This document shows, one piece after another, positions 10,411 through 19,427 of a DNA stretch of 40,322 bases. Each line of letters opens with the position of its first letter. The stretch's first letter is position 1. Both the position numbers and the translations under genes were made by a program. The notes below the pieces were generated by a model that saw only the letters and a list, made by a program, of their open reading frames with translations, searched no databases and was not told the origin of the DNA. The stretch spans positions 1 to 40,322 of the forward strand of contig CAZREZ010000001.1 in NCBI GenBank assembly GCA_964599115.1, given 5' to 3'. The stretch comes from an uncultured Bacteroidales bacterium (GTDB lineage Bacteria > Bacteroidota > Bacteroidia > Bacteroidales > JADFUO01).

Positions 10411-10498
10411 AACCGCTCCCGGGTACTCAGGAAGACCCGTATGCTTGGTGGTGTGAGAGGTGTACTGGCGGTCATTTGACCGTCAGCCGCCTACTCAA
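10411..10498. other. GC-rich structured island (possible RNA element or mobile-element remnant)
   Basis: By hand count, about 51 of 88 nt are G/C in an otherwise AT-rich region. A 9-bp hairpin (ctggcggtc-attt-gaccgtcag) lies at 10465-10486. The direct motif tactca occurs twice. The island starts one nt past the stop of the minus-strand antitoxin gene. Confidence 0.4.
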
Positions 10499-11458
10499 TT
10501 AGCAACTGGGCTTTATTTCAATTACTTCATGTTCCTGTTCTTTGCTAAAGGTCCATTCTTCTGCAAAAACGTGGGCTTGTTGCTCTTTTTTGGGGTCCGC
10601 CTCAGAAAAGTCAATACCTTCTAATGATATGTATTTTTTGCCATGAAGAAAAATATGTCCAGCTTCGTGAAAGAAGGTGAACCAAAACCTGTCATTTTGC
10701 CTATATCTTGCTGTTAGTTGAATGACAGGTGTGTCCCTGATCCAACGTGTAGAACCACTAATAGGGGCTTTAGGCATTTTAGGTGTATAGAATATTTTCA
10801 CCCCGGCATGCATACAAAGTTCCTGTAATTGCTTGAAAAAATCATCAGGGTGATTTGCCATGATGTTTTTAATTTGAGGCAATACTTTTAGGAACTCTTT
10901 TTTGTTATACTTGGGGGTCTCAATTTGTTTGGCTTGCAGTTCGCCTTGACGTAACCATGCAGAAATAGCCTGTGGCTCGTGAGTATGAGCTAAAGAAACG
11001 TAAGCTGCTACTTTTAATTTGCTTTTCATGTAAAGGTTTTCCCAGGCTTCGTGTGTTGAAACAGCAAAATATTCGAACAGGTTGATGGTTTTTTCTTCCA
11101 GTTTTCTGGTTTTAGGAACCCAATTGTTTTTTGCCATTTCGGCATATGGAAAACTTTTAGTCCATTCTTCAGCTTTTTCAACATCAAGCTTTCGTTTTAA
11201 GCGAGCTTTGTATTCGTTATAGCGAGCTTGCTTGTTTAACCAAAAATGAGCCGGGATTCTGCTAATGTTTTCAAACATAACTGCCATCTCAGAAGTTATA
11301 GAACTTTCACCTTTAAGAACCGCAATTATTGTTTTTTCCGGTTTTCCAGTACGTAGGGCAAATTCTTTTCGGCTCATTCCCATCTCTTCCAATTTCTCAT
11401 TCAATGTTTCACAAGGGTGCAAAACTTCTTGTGGGTAATATTCATTTAAAGTTGCCAT
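10499..11458 (-). CDS. XRE-family HTH fused to ImmA/IrrE-type zinc metallopeptidase domain (antitoxin-like partner of the HigB-like toxin)
   Basis: The 319-aa ORF has an N-terminal HTH (MSRKEFALRTGKPEKTIIAVLKGESSITSEMAVMF) and a C-terminal HExxH motif (FFHEAGHIFLH). It lies 3 nt downstream of the toxin ORF. Confidence 0.8.
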   Translation of the reverse strand: MATLNEYYPQEVLHPCETLNEKLEEMGMSRKEFALRTGKPEKTIIAVLKGESSITSEMAVMFENISRIPAHFWLNKQARYNEYKARLKRKLDVEKAEEWTKSFPYAEMAKNNWVPKTRKLEEKTINLFEYFAVSTHEAWENLYMKSKLKVAAYVSLAHTHEPQAISAWLRQGELQAKQIETPKYNKKEFLKVLPQIKNIMANHPDDFFKQLQELCMHAGVKIFYTPKMPKAPISGSTRWIRDTPVIQLTARYRQNDRFWFTFFHEAGHIFLHGKKYISLEGIDFSEADPKKEQQAHVFAEEWTFSKEQEHEVIEIKPSC

Positions 11459-11461
11459 TCT

Positions 11462-11803
11462 TTATCCCTTCTTATGATAATCTGTTATTTCAATTATTTC
11501 TAAACTTTTAATTTCGATTAGTATTTGTTTGCCGTCTTCATCCTTTGGAATTGGAACTTCTGCAGGTTCAAATATTAATCGGTATGGGTGGTCTAGGTCA
11601 CATACCCATTTGTCTTTTAAATTTCCTGTGAGCTGATGAAAGCGGCCCGGTAAAAATTCAAAATCAGCAAAACTCTCAGCTGTCGCTATGTCATCCAGTC
11701 TTTTTTGATATAATTTGGCTCGTTTTGCACCCATTTTTTTAATAGCCAGTTTATTGTTGTTGGCATATTTTCTCAGGTTTCTATCTGCAAAAGTAATAAT
11801 CAT
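11462..11803 (-). CDS. HigB-like (RelE/ParE superfamily) toxin
   Basis: The 113-aa ORF shows the pattern ...LPGRFHQLTGNLKDKWVCDLDHPYRLIFEP...IEITDYH, typical of plasmid-maintenance killer HigB-family proteins. The toxin-first gene order also fits HigBA. Confidence 0.8.
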   Translation of the reverse strand: MIITFADRNLRKYANNNKLAIKKMGAKRAKLYQKRLDDIATAESFADFEFLPGRFHQLTGNLKDKWVCDLDHPYRLIFEPAEVPIPKDEDGKQILIEIKSLEIIEITDYHKKG

Positions 11804-12047
11804 AATTTAAAATAACTAACAGTAAGTGTAAATTAGAATGAATCTATATAGTGTTGTAATATATTTATCTTTTTGCCTTGTTGCTAACTTCTAAATATAC
11901 ACTAAGCTATCCACATTATTTCGCCTTTGTCTATTGTGGTTATTTTGTTAATGCATGGATTAATAATATGTTTTTTTTAACAAAATAAACACTAAACGTT
12001 TTTATCACCAAATATATATAAAAAATATTCGACTTTTTGTCTAACAA

Positions 12048-12089
12048 GTAACCAGAAACAAGAAACCAGAATCAAGTAACCAGTAACAA
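12048..12089. repeat. Six tandem heptamers (gtaacca gaaacaa gaaacca gaatcaa gtaacca gtaacaa)
   Basis: Read directly from the sequence. The array lies just past the stop of the U32 peptidase gene. Confidence 0.8.
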
Positions 12090-12093
12090 GCCC

Positions 12094-13344
12094 CTATAAC
12101 CTAACCTCAACCTCAATAACTTTATAAAGTTTATCCGACCTTCTGACAAGGCTTTTTACAGGGATAGAACAAATCTCACCTTTAACTGTTTTTTTTACCT
12201 TTTTCAAGTCAACACGAATTTCTTTCACCGAGTCTTCATAGACTCCTGTTGTAGGTCCGAGAATTTTTATCTCATCACCTATACTTAAGCTATTTGTTTC
12301 GATTTTAACTTCAGCAACTTTAATTTTTGTAAAATAATTAGTGATCTTTCCGATATAAATTTTTCTTTTTGTTGCTTGCGAACCATATTTTTCTGTCCAT
12401 TCTCCTAATTTTTGCCCTAAATAATAACCATCCCAAAATCCACGATTATAAACCGTTTTCAACTTTTTATTCCATTTTTCTATGTTTTCTTTATTATAAT
12501 TTCCATCAAAGTATGCCTGAACAGCTTCTCTATAACAAGCAGTAACGGTTTTCACATATTCGGGCGAACGACCTCTGCCTTCAATCTTTAATATCCTGAC
12601 ACCCGCTTTAAAAATTTTATCCAAAAACCCAATAGTGTTCAGGTCTTTTGGCGACATGATGTATTTATTATCTATCTCCAGTTCAATTTCATTATCCAAA
12701 TCTTTAACAATATATTCTCTTCGGCATGGTTGCAGGCATTCGCCCCTGTTAGCTGAATAATTGAAATTATCCAGACTAAGATAACATTTGCCGGAAACAG
12801 CCATACATAAAGCACCATGGATAAAAACTTCAATCTGAACTAATTTTCCTGAAGGACCTTTGATTTGCTGTTCGTCAATTTCTTTTGTTATTGCGGCAAC
12901 TTGTCCCAAATTTAACTCACGTGCAGTTACAATCACATCAGCAAATTGTGAATAATATTTTACAGCTTCAATATTTGTAATATTTGTTTGAGTTGATATA
13001 TGGACTTCCATCCCAACTGAACAGGCATATTGAATTACAGAAATATCGGAAGCTATAATTGCTGTAATGTCATTTGCTTTTGCAGCATCCACGATTGACT
13101 TCATCAATGGAAGTTCATCATCATAAATAATAGTATTAAGAGTAATGTATGACCGGATATTATTTCCCTTACAGATATTTGAAATTTTTACAAGGTCATT
13201 CAAAGTAAAGTTATTGGAAGATTTTGCCCTCATGTTCAATTGCTCAATTCCAAAATAAACCGAGCCGGCACCTCCCTGAATTGCTGCCATTAGCGATTCG
13301 TAAGAACCGACAGGAGACATTATTTCTACTTGCTTTGCTGGCAT
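12094..13344 (-). CDS. Peptidase U32 family protein
   Basis: The 416-aa ORF begins VEIMSPVGSYESLMAAIQGGAGSVYFG and contains ...ILKIEGRGRSPEYV, typical of U32. Confidence 0.9.
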   Translation of the reverse strand: MPAKQVEIMSPVGSYESLMAAIQGGAGSVYFGIEQLNMRAKSSNNFTLNDLVKISNICKGNNIRSYITLNTIIYDDELPLMKSIVDAAKANDITAIIASDISVIQYACSVGMEVHISTQTNITNIEAVKYYSQFADVIVTARELNLGQVAAITKEIDEQQIKGPSGKLVQIEVFIHGALCMAVSGKCYLSLDNFNYSANRGECLQPCRREYIVKDLDNEIELEIDNKYIMSPKDLNTIGFLDKIFKAGVRILKIEGRGRSPEYVKTVTACYREAVQAYFDGNYNKENIEKWNKKLKTVYNRGFWDGYYLGQKLGEWTEKYGSQATKRKIYIGKITNYFTKIKVAEVKIETNSLSIGDEIKILGPTTGVYEDSVKEIRVDLKKVKKTVKGEICSIPVKSLVRRSDKLYKVIEVEVRL

Positions 13345-13426
13345 AAATAATTAGTTTTTGCAAGGGTAAAGTTTAAATTATTTGGATTATCTTATATATC
13401 AAACATTTGACATTAAAAAAATCTTT

Positions 13427-15175
13427 TCATTCCTTTACAATCCTCAACTTCAATTCGTCCAACTGTTCCTGTGCGATTTGCGAGGGCGAATCAATCATTA
13501 CATCTCTTCCTGCATTATTTTTTGGGAATGCAATGTAATCGCGAATAGAATCGGAGCCACCGAAAAGAGCTACTAAACGGTCGAAACCAAGTGCAATTCC
13601 ACCATGTGGAGGTGCTCCGTATTCAAAAGCATTCATTAGAAAACCGAATTGTTCTTGTGCCTGTTCTTCAGAAAAACCAAGAGCTTTGAACATTTTCTTT
13701 TGAAGCTCTTTATTAAAAATTCTGATTGAACCTCCACCGATTTCCACACCATTAATCACTAAATCATAAGCATTTGCCCTGACTTTTCCGGGTTCTGAAT
13801 TAAGTAATTGAATATCTTCGGCCTTAGGAGATGTAAACGGGTGGTGCATGGCATGAAAACGACTGGATTCTTCGTCCCATTCAAGTAAAGGAAAATCAAC
13901 CACCCATAAAGGGCGGAATTTATTCTTATCTCTAAATTCAAGACGATTCCCCATTTCAAGTCTTAATTCACAAAGTGCCTTTCCGGTTTGATTGGTTTCG
14001 CCTGATAAAATAAGCAGTAGATCACCCGGTTTTGCATTAAACGCTTCAGTCCATGTTTTTAAAGCTTTTTGGTCAAAAAATTTATCAACAGAAGATTTGA
14101 ACGAGCCATTTTCATTACATTTTACATAAACCAAACCTTTGGCTCCAATTTGAGGTTTCCTCACAAAATCAGTTAATTTATCCAACTGTTTCCTTGAATA
14201 GTTGCCACAACCTTCAGCACAAATTCCAACAACCGACTCTGCATCGTCAAAAATTTTAAAACCTTTGCCTTTTGCCAGATTATTCAGCTCTACAAATTTC
14301 ATTTCGAAACGAATATCCGGCTTATCAGTTCCGTAATATTTCATGGCTTCGTCATAAGATATTATTGGAAAATCTTCAACTTTAATATTTTTAACTTTTA
14401 TAAAAAGATGTTTTATCAAACCTTCAAAAGTGTTCAAAATATCGTCTTGAGTTACGAACGACATTTCACAATCTATCTGTGTAAATTCGGGCTGGCGGTT
14501 GGCACGCAGATCTTCATCGCGAAAACACTTTACAAGCTGGTAATAACGGTCGTAACCTGCAATCATCAGTAATTGCTTAAAAGTTTGCGGAGATTGTGGC
14601 AAAGCATAAAATTCACTTTGGTTCATCCGTGACGGAACAACAAAATCCCTGGCACCTTCAGGCGTGGATTTTATTAAATAAGGTGTTTCAATTTCAATAA
14701 AATTTTGCAAATCCAAATAGTTTCTTGTTTCAGCAGTCATTCTATGACGTAGTTCCATGTTTTCCCGCAACGGATTTCTCCTAAGATCAAGGTAACGGTA
14801 TTTCATTCTTAATTCTTCTCCTCCGTCAGTATTATCTTCTATGGTAAAAGGCGGAAGCTTTGACCGGTTTAAAATATCAAATTTATCAACAATTATTTCT
14901 ATTTCACCGGTAGATATTTTAAGATTTTTATTACTTCGTTCTTCAACTGTTCCTTCAACAGATATTACGAATTCCCGTCCTAATTTCCTTGCTTTTTCAC
15001 AAAGTCCGGCATTAGTTTGCATATTAAAAACCAGCTGGGTTATTCCGTAACGGTCGCGTAAATCAATAAAGGTCATTCCTCCAAGGTCTCTTGACTTTTG
15101 CATCCATCCGCATAAAGTAACTTTCTCACCGATATTTTTAGGATTTAATTCACCGCAGGTATGTGTTCGTAGCAT
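13427..15175 (-). CDS. aspS: Aspartate--tRNA ligase
   Basis: The 582-aa ORF begins [10 protein letters not shown] and contains ...[18 protein letters not shown]...GGGSIRI...GFDRL. Confidence 0.97.
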   Translation of the reverse strand: MLRTHTCGELNPKNIGEKVTLCGWMQKSRDLGGMTFIDLRDRYGITQLVFNMQTNAGLCEKARKLGREFVISVEGTVEERSNKNLKISTGEIEIIVDKFDILNRSKLPPFTIEDNTDGGEELRMKYRYLDLRRNPLRENMELRHRMTAETRNYLDLQNFIEIETPYLIKSTPEGARDFVVPSRMNQSEFYALPQSPQTFKQLLMIAGYDRYYQLVKCFRDEDLRANRQPEFTQIDCEMSFVTQDDILNTFEGLIKHLFIKVKNIKVEDFPIISYDEAMKYYGTDKPDIRFEMKFVELNNLAKGKGFKIFDDAESVVGICAEGCGNYSRKQLDKLTDFVRKPQIGAKGLVYVKCNENGSFKSSVDKFFDQKALKTWTEAFNAKPGDLLLILSGETNQTGKALCELRLEMGNRLEFRDKNKFRPLWVVDFPLLEWDEESSRFHAMHHPFTSPKAEDIQLLNSEPGKVRANAYDLVINGVEIGGGSIRIFNKELQKKMFKALGFSEEQAQEQFGFLMNAFEYGAPPHGGIALGFDRLVALFGGSDSIRDYIAFPKNNAGRDVMIDSPSQIAQEQLDELKLRIVKE

Positions 15176-15254
15176 GTTTGTTTTATTTAGGGATTTTCAA
15201 AATCAACAAAAAAAAGTTTAAACTTTTATCCTTATTATTCTAACAGTTCACAGT

Positions 15255-15321
15255 CAGAAATTAGAAACTTGAAATTAGAAATTAGGAAAGAACTTTCGTT
15301 ATCATGCATAATTTCTAATTT
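15255..15321. repeat. Heptamer array (gaaatta x4) plus 13-bp perfect-stem hairpin enclosing a core-like 24-nt loop
   Basis: aaattagaaatta (15272-15284) pairs with taatttctaattt (15309-15321). The left block tcagaaattagaaa...gaaattagg is homologous to 35961-35992. Confidence 0.75.
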
Positions 15322-15359
15322 AATAATCTGCGAAATTAATAAAAAACACAGAATACTCA

Positions 15360-15532
15360 TTAACCTGCATTATTTATAAAATTTCACGCAAAGCCGCTAA
15401 ACCGCAAAGAATAAATAAATTAGCAATAAGTGTTTAAAATATTCAATTTCATTATATAAAAAGTATTGCAGGTATTAAATTGTTTTAATTCAAATCTTTG
15501 CGTCTTTGCGTGATGAATTATTCAGGTTAAAT
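15360..15532. repeat. MITE-like imperfect inverted-repeat element
   Basis: The left arm is ttaacctgcattattt...ttcacgcaaagccgctaaaccgcaaaga. The right arm is tctttgcgtctttgcgtgatgaattattcaggttaa. The arms are reverse-complementary with indels. The element ends at the miaB stop codon. Confidence 0.65.
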
Positions 15533-15534
15533 AT

Positions 15535-16884
15535 TTAATTGTTTATTGCCTCACCTATCAACGTAGCTGAAGTGCAATCAATTATTTTAACATTAACATA
15601 ATCTCCGGTTTTAAAATCTTTTTTCGGAAATACCACTACTTTGTTTTGACTGTTTCTGCCTGATAATTTTTGGTTTGATTTTTTTGAAACACCTTCAACC
15701 AAAACTCTGAATGTTTTACCAATATCTTTTAAATTACTTTCTTTTGATAGCTTTTGCTGAAGCTCAATTATTTCTTTCAATCGCCTGCCTTTAGTTTCAT
15801 CAGGAATATCATCTTTGAATTTTTCAGCAGCGATAGTGCCCTCACGTTCGGAATATTTAAACATAAAAGCAAAATCATAAGCTACCCATTCCATTAATGA
15901 AATAGTTTGTTTATGATCATCTTCGGTTTCACCACAAAAACCGGTGATAATATCTGTTGATATTGCACAACCGGGGAGAAATTTCCTGATAGCTTCAATA
16001 CGGTTAATATACGACTGTCGTGAATATTTACGATTCATTAATTTGAGAACTCTTGTGCTTCCCGACTGGACAGGCAAATGTATGGCTTTACAGATGTTTT
16101 CATATTTTGCAATAGTTTGAAGCAATTCATCTGAAATATCCTTCGGATGAGAAGTTGCGAAACGAACTCTTAACTGGGGGTTAACCAATGCAACCTTTTC
16201 AAGTAATTGAGCAAATTTTACATTGTCTTCCCCTTTCCAATTATAAGAATTTACATTTTGCCCAAGCAAAGTAACTTCCCTGTAACCTTGTTTGAATAAT
16301 TCGTTTGCCTCATTAATTATTGTTTGGGGATTTCTGCTTCTTTCCTTTCCCCTTGTATAAGGAACAACACAATATGAACAGAAATTCTGGCATCCTCTCA
16401 TAATTGAAATAAATGCAGATACTTTATTGTCGCCAAACTTTACAGGATTGATATCTGCATAAGTTTCTTCGGCTGACAAAATTACATTCACGGCTTTATG
16501 GCCGCCTTCAACTGATTTCATCAAGTCGGGTAGGTTACGGTATGCATCTGGTCCGGCAATTATATCAATGGTTTTTTCTTCTTCAAAAAGTTTTGATTTT
16601 AAACGTTCAGCCATGCAGCCTAAAATGCCAATTTTTAAATGCGGGTTATTTTTCTTTCGGGCATTTAATTCTTTCAGCTTTTTTCTAACTTTTTGCTCGG
16701 CATTATCCCTGACCGAACAAGTGTTGATAAAAATTATATCAGCTTCAAAAATTTTATCTGTTAATTTATAATTATTACTAATCATAACAGAACCAATAAT
16801 CTCACTATCGGAGAAATTCATCTGGCAACCGTAAGTTTCTATATATAATTTTTTTCTATGATTCACATTAAAAAATTTCCGCAT
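15535..16884 (-). CDS. miaB: tRNA-2-methylthio-N6-dimethylallyladenosine synthase
   Basis: The 449-aa ORF contains YIETYGCQMNFSDSE, the radical-SAM motif CQNFCSYCVVP and a TRAM C-terminus. Confidence 0.95.
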   Translation of the reverse strand: MRKFFNVNHRKKLYIETYGCQMNFSDSEIIGSVMISNNYKLTDKIFEADIIFINTCSVRDNAEQKVRKKLKELNARKKNNPHLKIGILGCMAERLKSKLFEEEKTIDIIAGPDAYRNLPDLMKSVEGGHKAVNVILSAEETYADINPVKFGDNKVSAFISIMRGCQNFCSYCVVPYTRGKERSRNPQTIINEANELFKQGYREVTLLGQNVNSYNWKGEDNVKFAQLLEKVALVNPQLRVRFATSHPKDISDELLQTIAKYENICKAIHLPVQSGSTRVLKLMNRKYSRQSYINRIEAIRKFLPGCAISTDIITGFCGETEDDHKQTISLMEWVAYDFAFMFKYSEREGTIAAEKFKDDIPDETKGRRLKEIIELQQKLSKESNLKDIGKTFRVLVEGVSKKSNQKLSGRNSQNKVVVFPKKDFKTGDYVNVKIIDCTSATLIGEAINN

Positions 16885-17024
16885 TAAAATTTATTTCAAT
16901 AAGCATATAATAAAATTACCCTGATTTAATTAAATATCAAATAATTACTTCAGTTTTCGGGATGCAAAATTAATTAAAAAACTTAGGTTGATATAAAACT
17001 TATTTCATTTAAAAGTAAAATTCT

Positions 17025-17058
17025 TTTGGATTTTAAAAATTTAATTGTTTTACTTTTG
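17025..17058 (+). promoter_or_regulatory. Candidate -33 TTTG / -7 TACTTTTG promoter for topA
   Basis: TTTG lies at 17025-17028 and TACTTTTG at 17051-17058. The ATG is at 17103. The 22-nt spacer is slightly long. Confidence 0.45.
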
Positions 17059-17102
17059 CACCCGGAAATAAAGAACATTAAAAATTTAATAAGTTTTTAA
17101 AA

Positions 17103-19427
17103 ATGGCGAAAAATCTTGTTATTGTTGAGTCACCTGCAAAAGCAAAGACTATTGAAGGATTTTTAGGTAAAGATTTTCTTGTTAAGTCAAGTTTTGGGCA
17201 TGTAATGGACTTGTCGAAAAAGAAATTGAGTGTTGATATAGAAGACGGATTTATTCCAAAATATGAAATATCTCCTGATAAAAAGAAAATTGTATCTGAA
17301 TTAAAAAAATATTCTGATGATGCCAAAACTGTTTGGTTAGCTTCGGATGAAGACAGGGAAGGAGAAGCCATTGCATGGCATTTGGTAAATGCGTTAAAGT
17401 TAGATGAGAAAAAAATTAAAAGAATTGTATTTCATGAAATTACAAAATCAGCAATCACCAAAGCAATTGAAAACCCGCGTGGTATTGATAAAAATCTTGT
17501 TGATGCCCAACAGGCACGAAGAGTTTTAGACAGGCTTGTGGGTTATGAATTATCTCCACTTTTATGGAAAAAAGTTAAACCTGCATTATCTGCCGGACGT
17601 GTTCAATCTGTTGCAGTTAGATTAATTGCTGAAAGAGAAGAAGACATAAATAAATTTAAAAGCAAATCATCTTATAAGATTACTGCTAAATTTGACATAA
17701 ATAATAATTTCGGGAAATCAATACTACTTGCCGAACTCTCAAAAAGATTCAATACAAAAAATGAAGCAATAGAATTTCTTGAAAAGTGCAAACCAGCTGA
17801 ATTTACAATTGCAGATATTGAAACCAAACCTGCAAAAAAGTCTCCGGCACCTCCTTTTACAACTTCCACTTTACAGCAGGAAGCCAGCAGAAAACTTGGT
17901 TTCTCTGTTGCAAATACTATGCGTGTAGCTCAGCAACTTTATGAGTCGGGAAAGATTACTTATATGAGAACGGATTCGGTTAATTTGTCAAACCTTGCCC
18001 TTGCAATGGCAAATAAAGAAATAAAAGAATCTTTTGGTGAAAAATATGCAAAAACCAGAAAGTATTTTACTAAAACCAAGGGTGCACAGGAAGCTCACGA
18101 AGCAATCCGCCCTACATATCTTAATGTAAAAAATACAGAAGGAGATAATGCTCAGAAACGGCTGTATAATCTTATCTGGAAAAGAACAATTGCTTCACAA
18201 ATGAGCGATGCTTTGCTGGAAAAAACAAATGTGACAGTAAACATATCAAACATTAAAGAAAAATTTATCGCAAAAGGTGAAGTTATCAAATTTGACGGCT
18301 TTTTAAAAGTATATTTTGAAACAGTCGATCAGGAAAACCATGAGGAACAAAAAGGTGTTTTACCACCTTTAAATATAGGTGAAAAATTATTGAGAAACGA
18401 AATTATTGCTGAAGAAAAATTCACACAACAACCTCCGAGGTATTCAGAGGCAAGTTTAGTTAAGAAAATGGAAGAACTTGGAATAGGTCGTCCTTCAACA
18501 TATGCCCCTACAATTTCAACTATTCAGAGAAGGGAATATATTGTTAAAGGAGATAAGCCTGGAATTCAGAGAAATTACAATTTCATCATCTTAATAAATG
18601 ATTCTATAACCGAAGGAATTAAAACCGAAAAATCAGGCTTTGAAAAATCCAAGCTTTTCCCGACTGACATTGGAATTTTAGTAAACAAATTTTTACTTCA
18701 ATATTTTGATAACATTTTAGATTATAACTTTACTGCCAGTGTTGAGAAAGAATTTGACGAAATAGCCGCAGGACAAAAGATATGGAATGAAATGATAGGT
18801 GAGTTTTATGGACCATTTCACAGTAAAATTGATAATACACTTGGAAATTCAAAAAAATTCAGCGGAGAAAAACTGCTTGGTCTGGACCCCAAAACAGGGA
18901 AAAATATATTCGTGAAAATCGGAAGGTTCGGCCCCATAGTTCAACTTGGAGAAACTGACGACGATGATAAACCCAAATTTTCAGGATTACAAAAAGGGCA
19001 AAGCATAGAAACTATAACACTGGAAGAAGCTCTTGAACTATTCAAATTTCCAAGAAATATAGGCCAATATGAAGATGCTGACATGACTGTAGCTATCGGC
19101 AGATTCGGTCCTTATGTTATGCATAAAAAATTATTTTATTCTCTGTCAAAAACAGATGATCCCACTACAATTACACAGTTGAGAGCCGTTGAATTAATTG
19201 AAGAAAAGCGAAAAAAAGTAAAAGAAAATATTATAAGAGAATATAAAGATGATAATTCTGTTAAAGTTTTAAGGGGAAAATATGGACCTTATCTTTCAAT
19301 AAAGAAAAAGAATTTTAAAATTCCAAAAGAAATAAATCCTGAAGAGCTAACTCTTAAAGACTGCCTGAAAATAGCTGAAGACCCTAAAAATGTACCTAAA
19401 AAAAGATTTTCAAAAAAAAGAAAATAA
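17103..19427 (+). CDS. topA: DNA topoisomerase I
   Basis: The 774-aa ORF begins with a TOPRIM domain (LVIVESPAKAKTIEGFLG), has the active-site region ITYMRTDS and ends in a lysine-rich C-terminus. Confidence 0.97.
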   Translation: MAKNLVIVESPAKAKTIEGFLGKDFLVKSSFGHVMDLSKKKLSVDIEDGFIPKYEISPDKKKIVSELKKYSDDAKTVWLASDEDREGEAIAWHLVNALKLDEKKIKRIVFHEITKSAITKAIENPRGIDKNLVDAQQARRVLDRLVGYELSPLLWKKVKPALSAGRVQSVAVRLIAEREEDINKFKSKSSYKITAKFDINNNFGKSILLAELSKRFNTKNEAIEFLEKCKPAEFTIADIETKPAKKSPAPPFTTSTLQQEASRKLGFSVANTMRVAQQLYESGKITYMRTDSVNLSNLALAMANKEIKESFGEKYAKTRKYFTKTKGAQEAHEAIRPTYLNVKNTEGDNAQKRLYNLIWKRTIASQMSDALLEKTNVTVNISNIKEKFIAKGEVIKFDGFLKVYFETVDQENHEEQKGVLPPLNIGEKLLRNEIIAEEKFTQQPPRYSEASLVKKMEELGIGRPSTYAPTISTIQRREYIVKGDKPGIQRNYNFIILINDSITEGIKTEKSGFEKSKLFPTDIGILVNKFLLQYFDNILDYNFTASVEKEFDEIAAGQKIWNEMIGEFYGPFHSKIDNTLGNSKKFSGEKLLGLDPKTGKNIFVKIGRFGPIVQLGETDDDDKPKFSGLQKGQSIETITLEEALELFKFPRNIGQYEDADMTVAIGRFGPYVMHKKLFYSLSKTDDPTTITQLRAVELIEEKRKKVKENIIREYKDDNSVKVLRGKYGPYLSIKKKNFKIPKEINPEELTLKDCLKIAEDPKNVPKKRFSKKRK

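Noticed and set aside
10411-10498. The GC-rich island read as a tRNA, tmRNA fragment or group II intron domain V.
   Set aside because: It has no cloverleaf, no GTTCRANYC T-loop, and no 34-nt domain V helix with an AGC triad and GNRA loop.
10398-12044. An 11-bp direct repeat, tttttgtctaa, lies at 10398-10408 and 12034-12044. It brackets the HigB/XRE-ImmA module and looks like a possible target-site duplication or att pair.
   Set aside because: The word ttttgtct is also part of the heptamer flanks of the dispersed core repeat (22317-22324, 22354-22361, and the reverse complement at 28851-28862). The match is therefore better explained as recurrence of that intergenic word family than as a TSD. 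It could still mark module boundaries, but I cannot support that.
12048-12089. Heptamer arrays and X-core-X units read as a CRISPR array.
   Set aside because: The repeat unit is 7 nt, the arrays lack spacers of 25-40 nt, there are no cas genes, and copies are dispersed as singletons.
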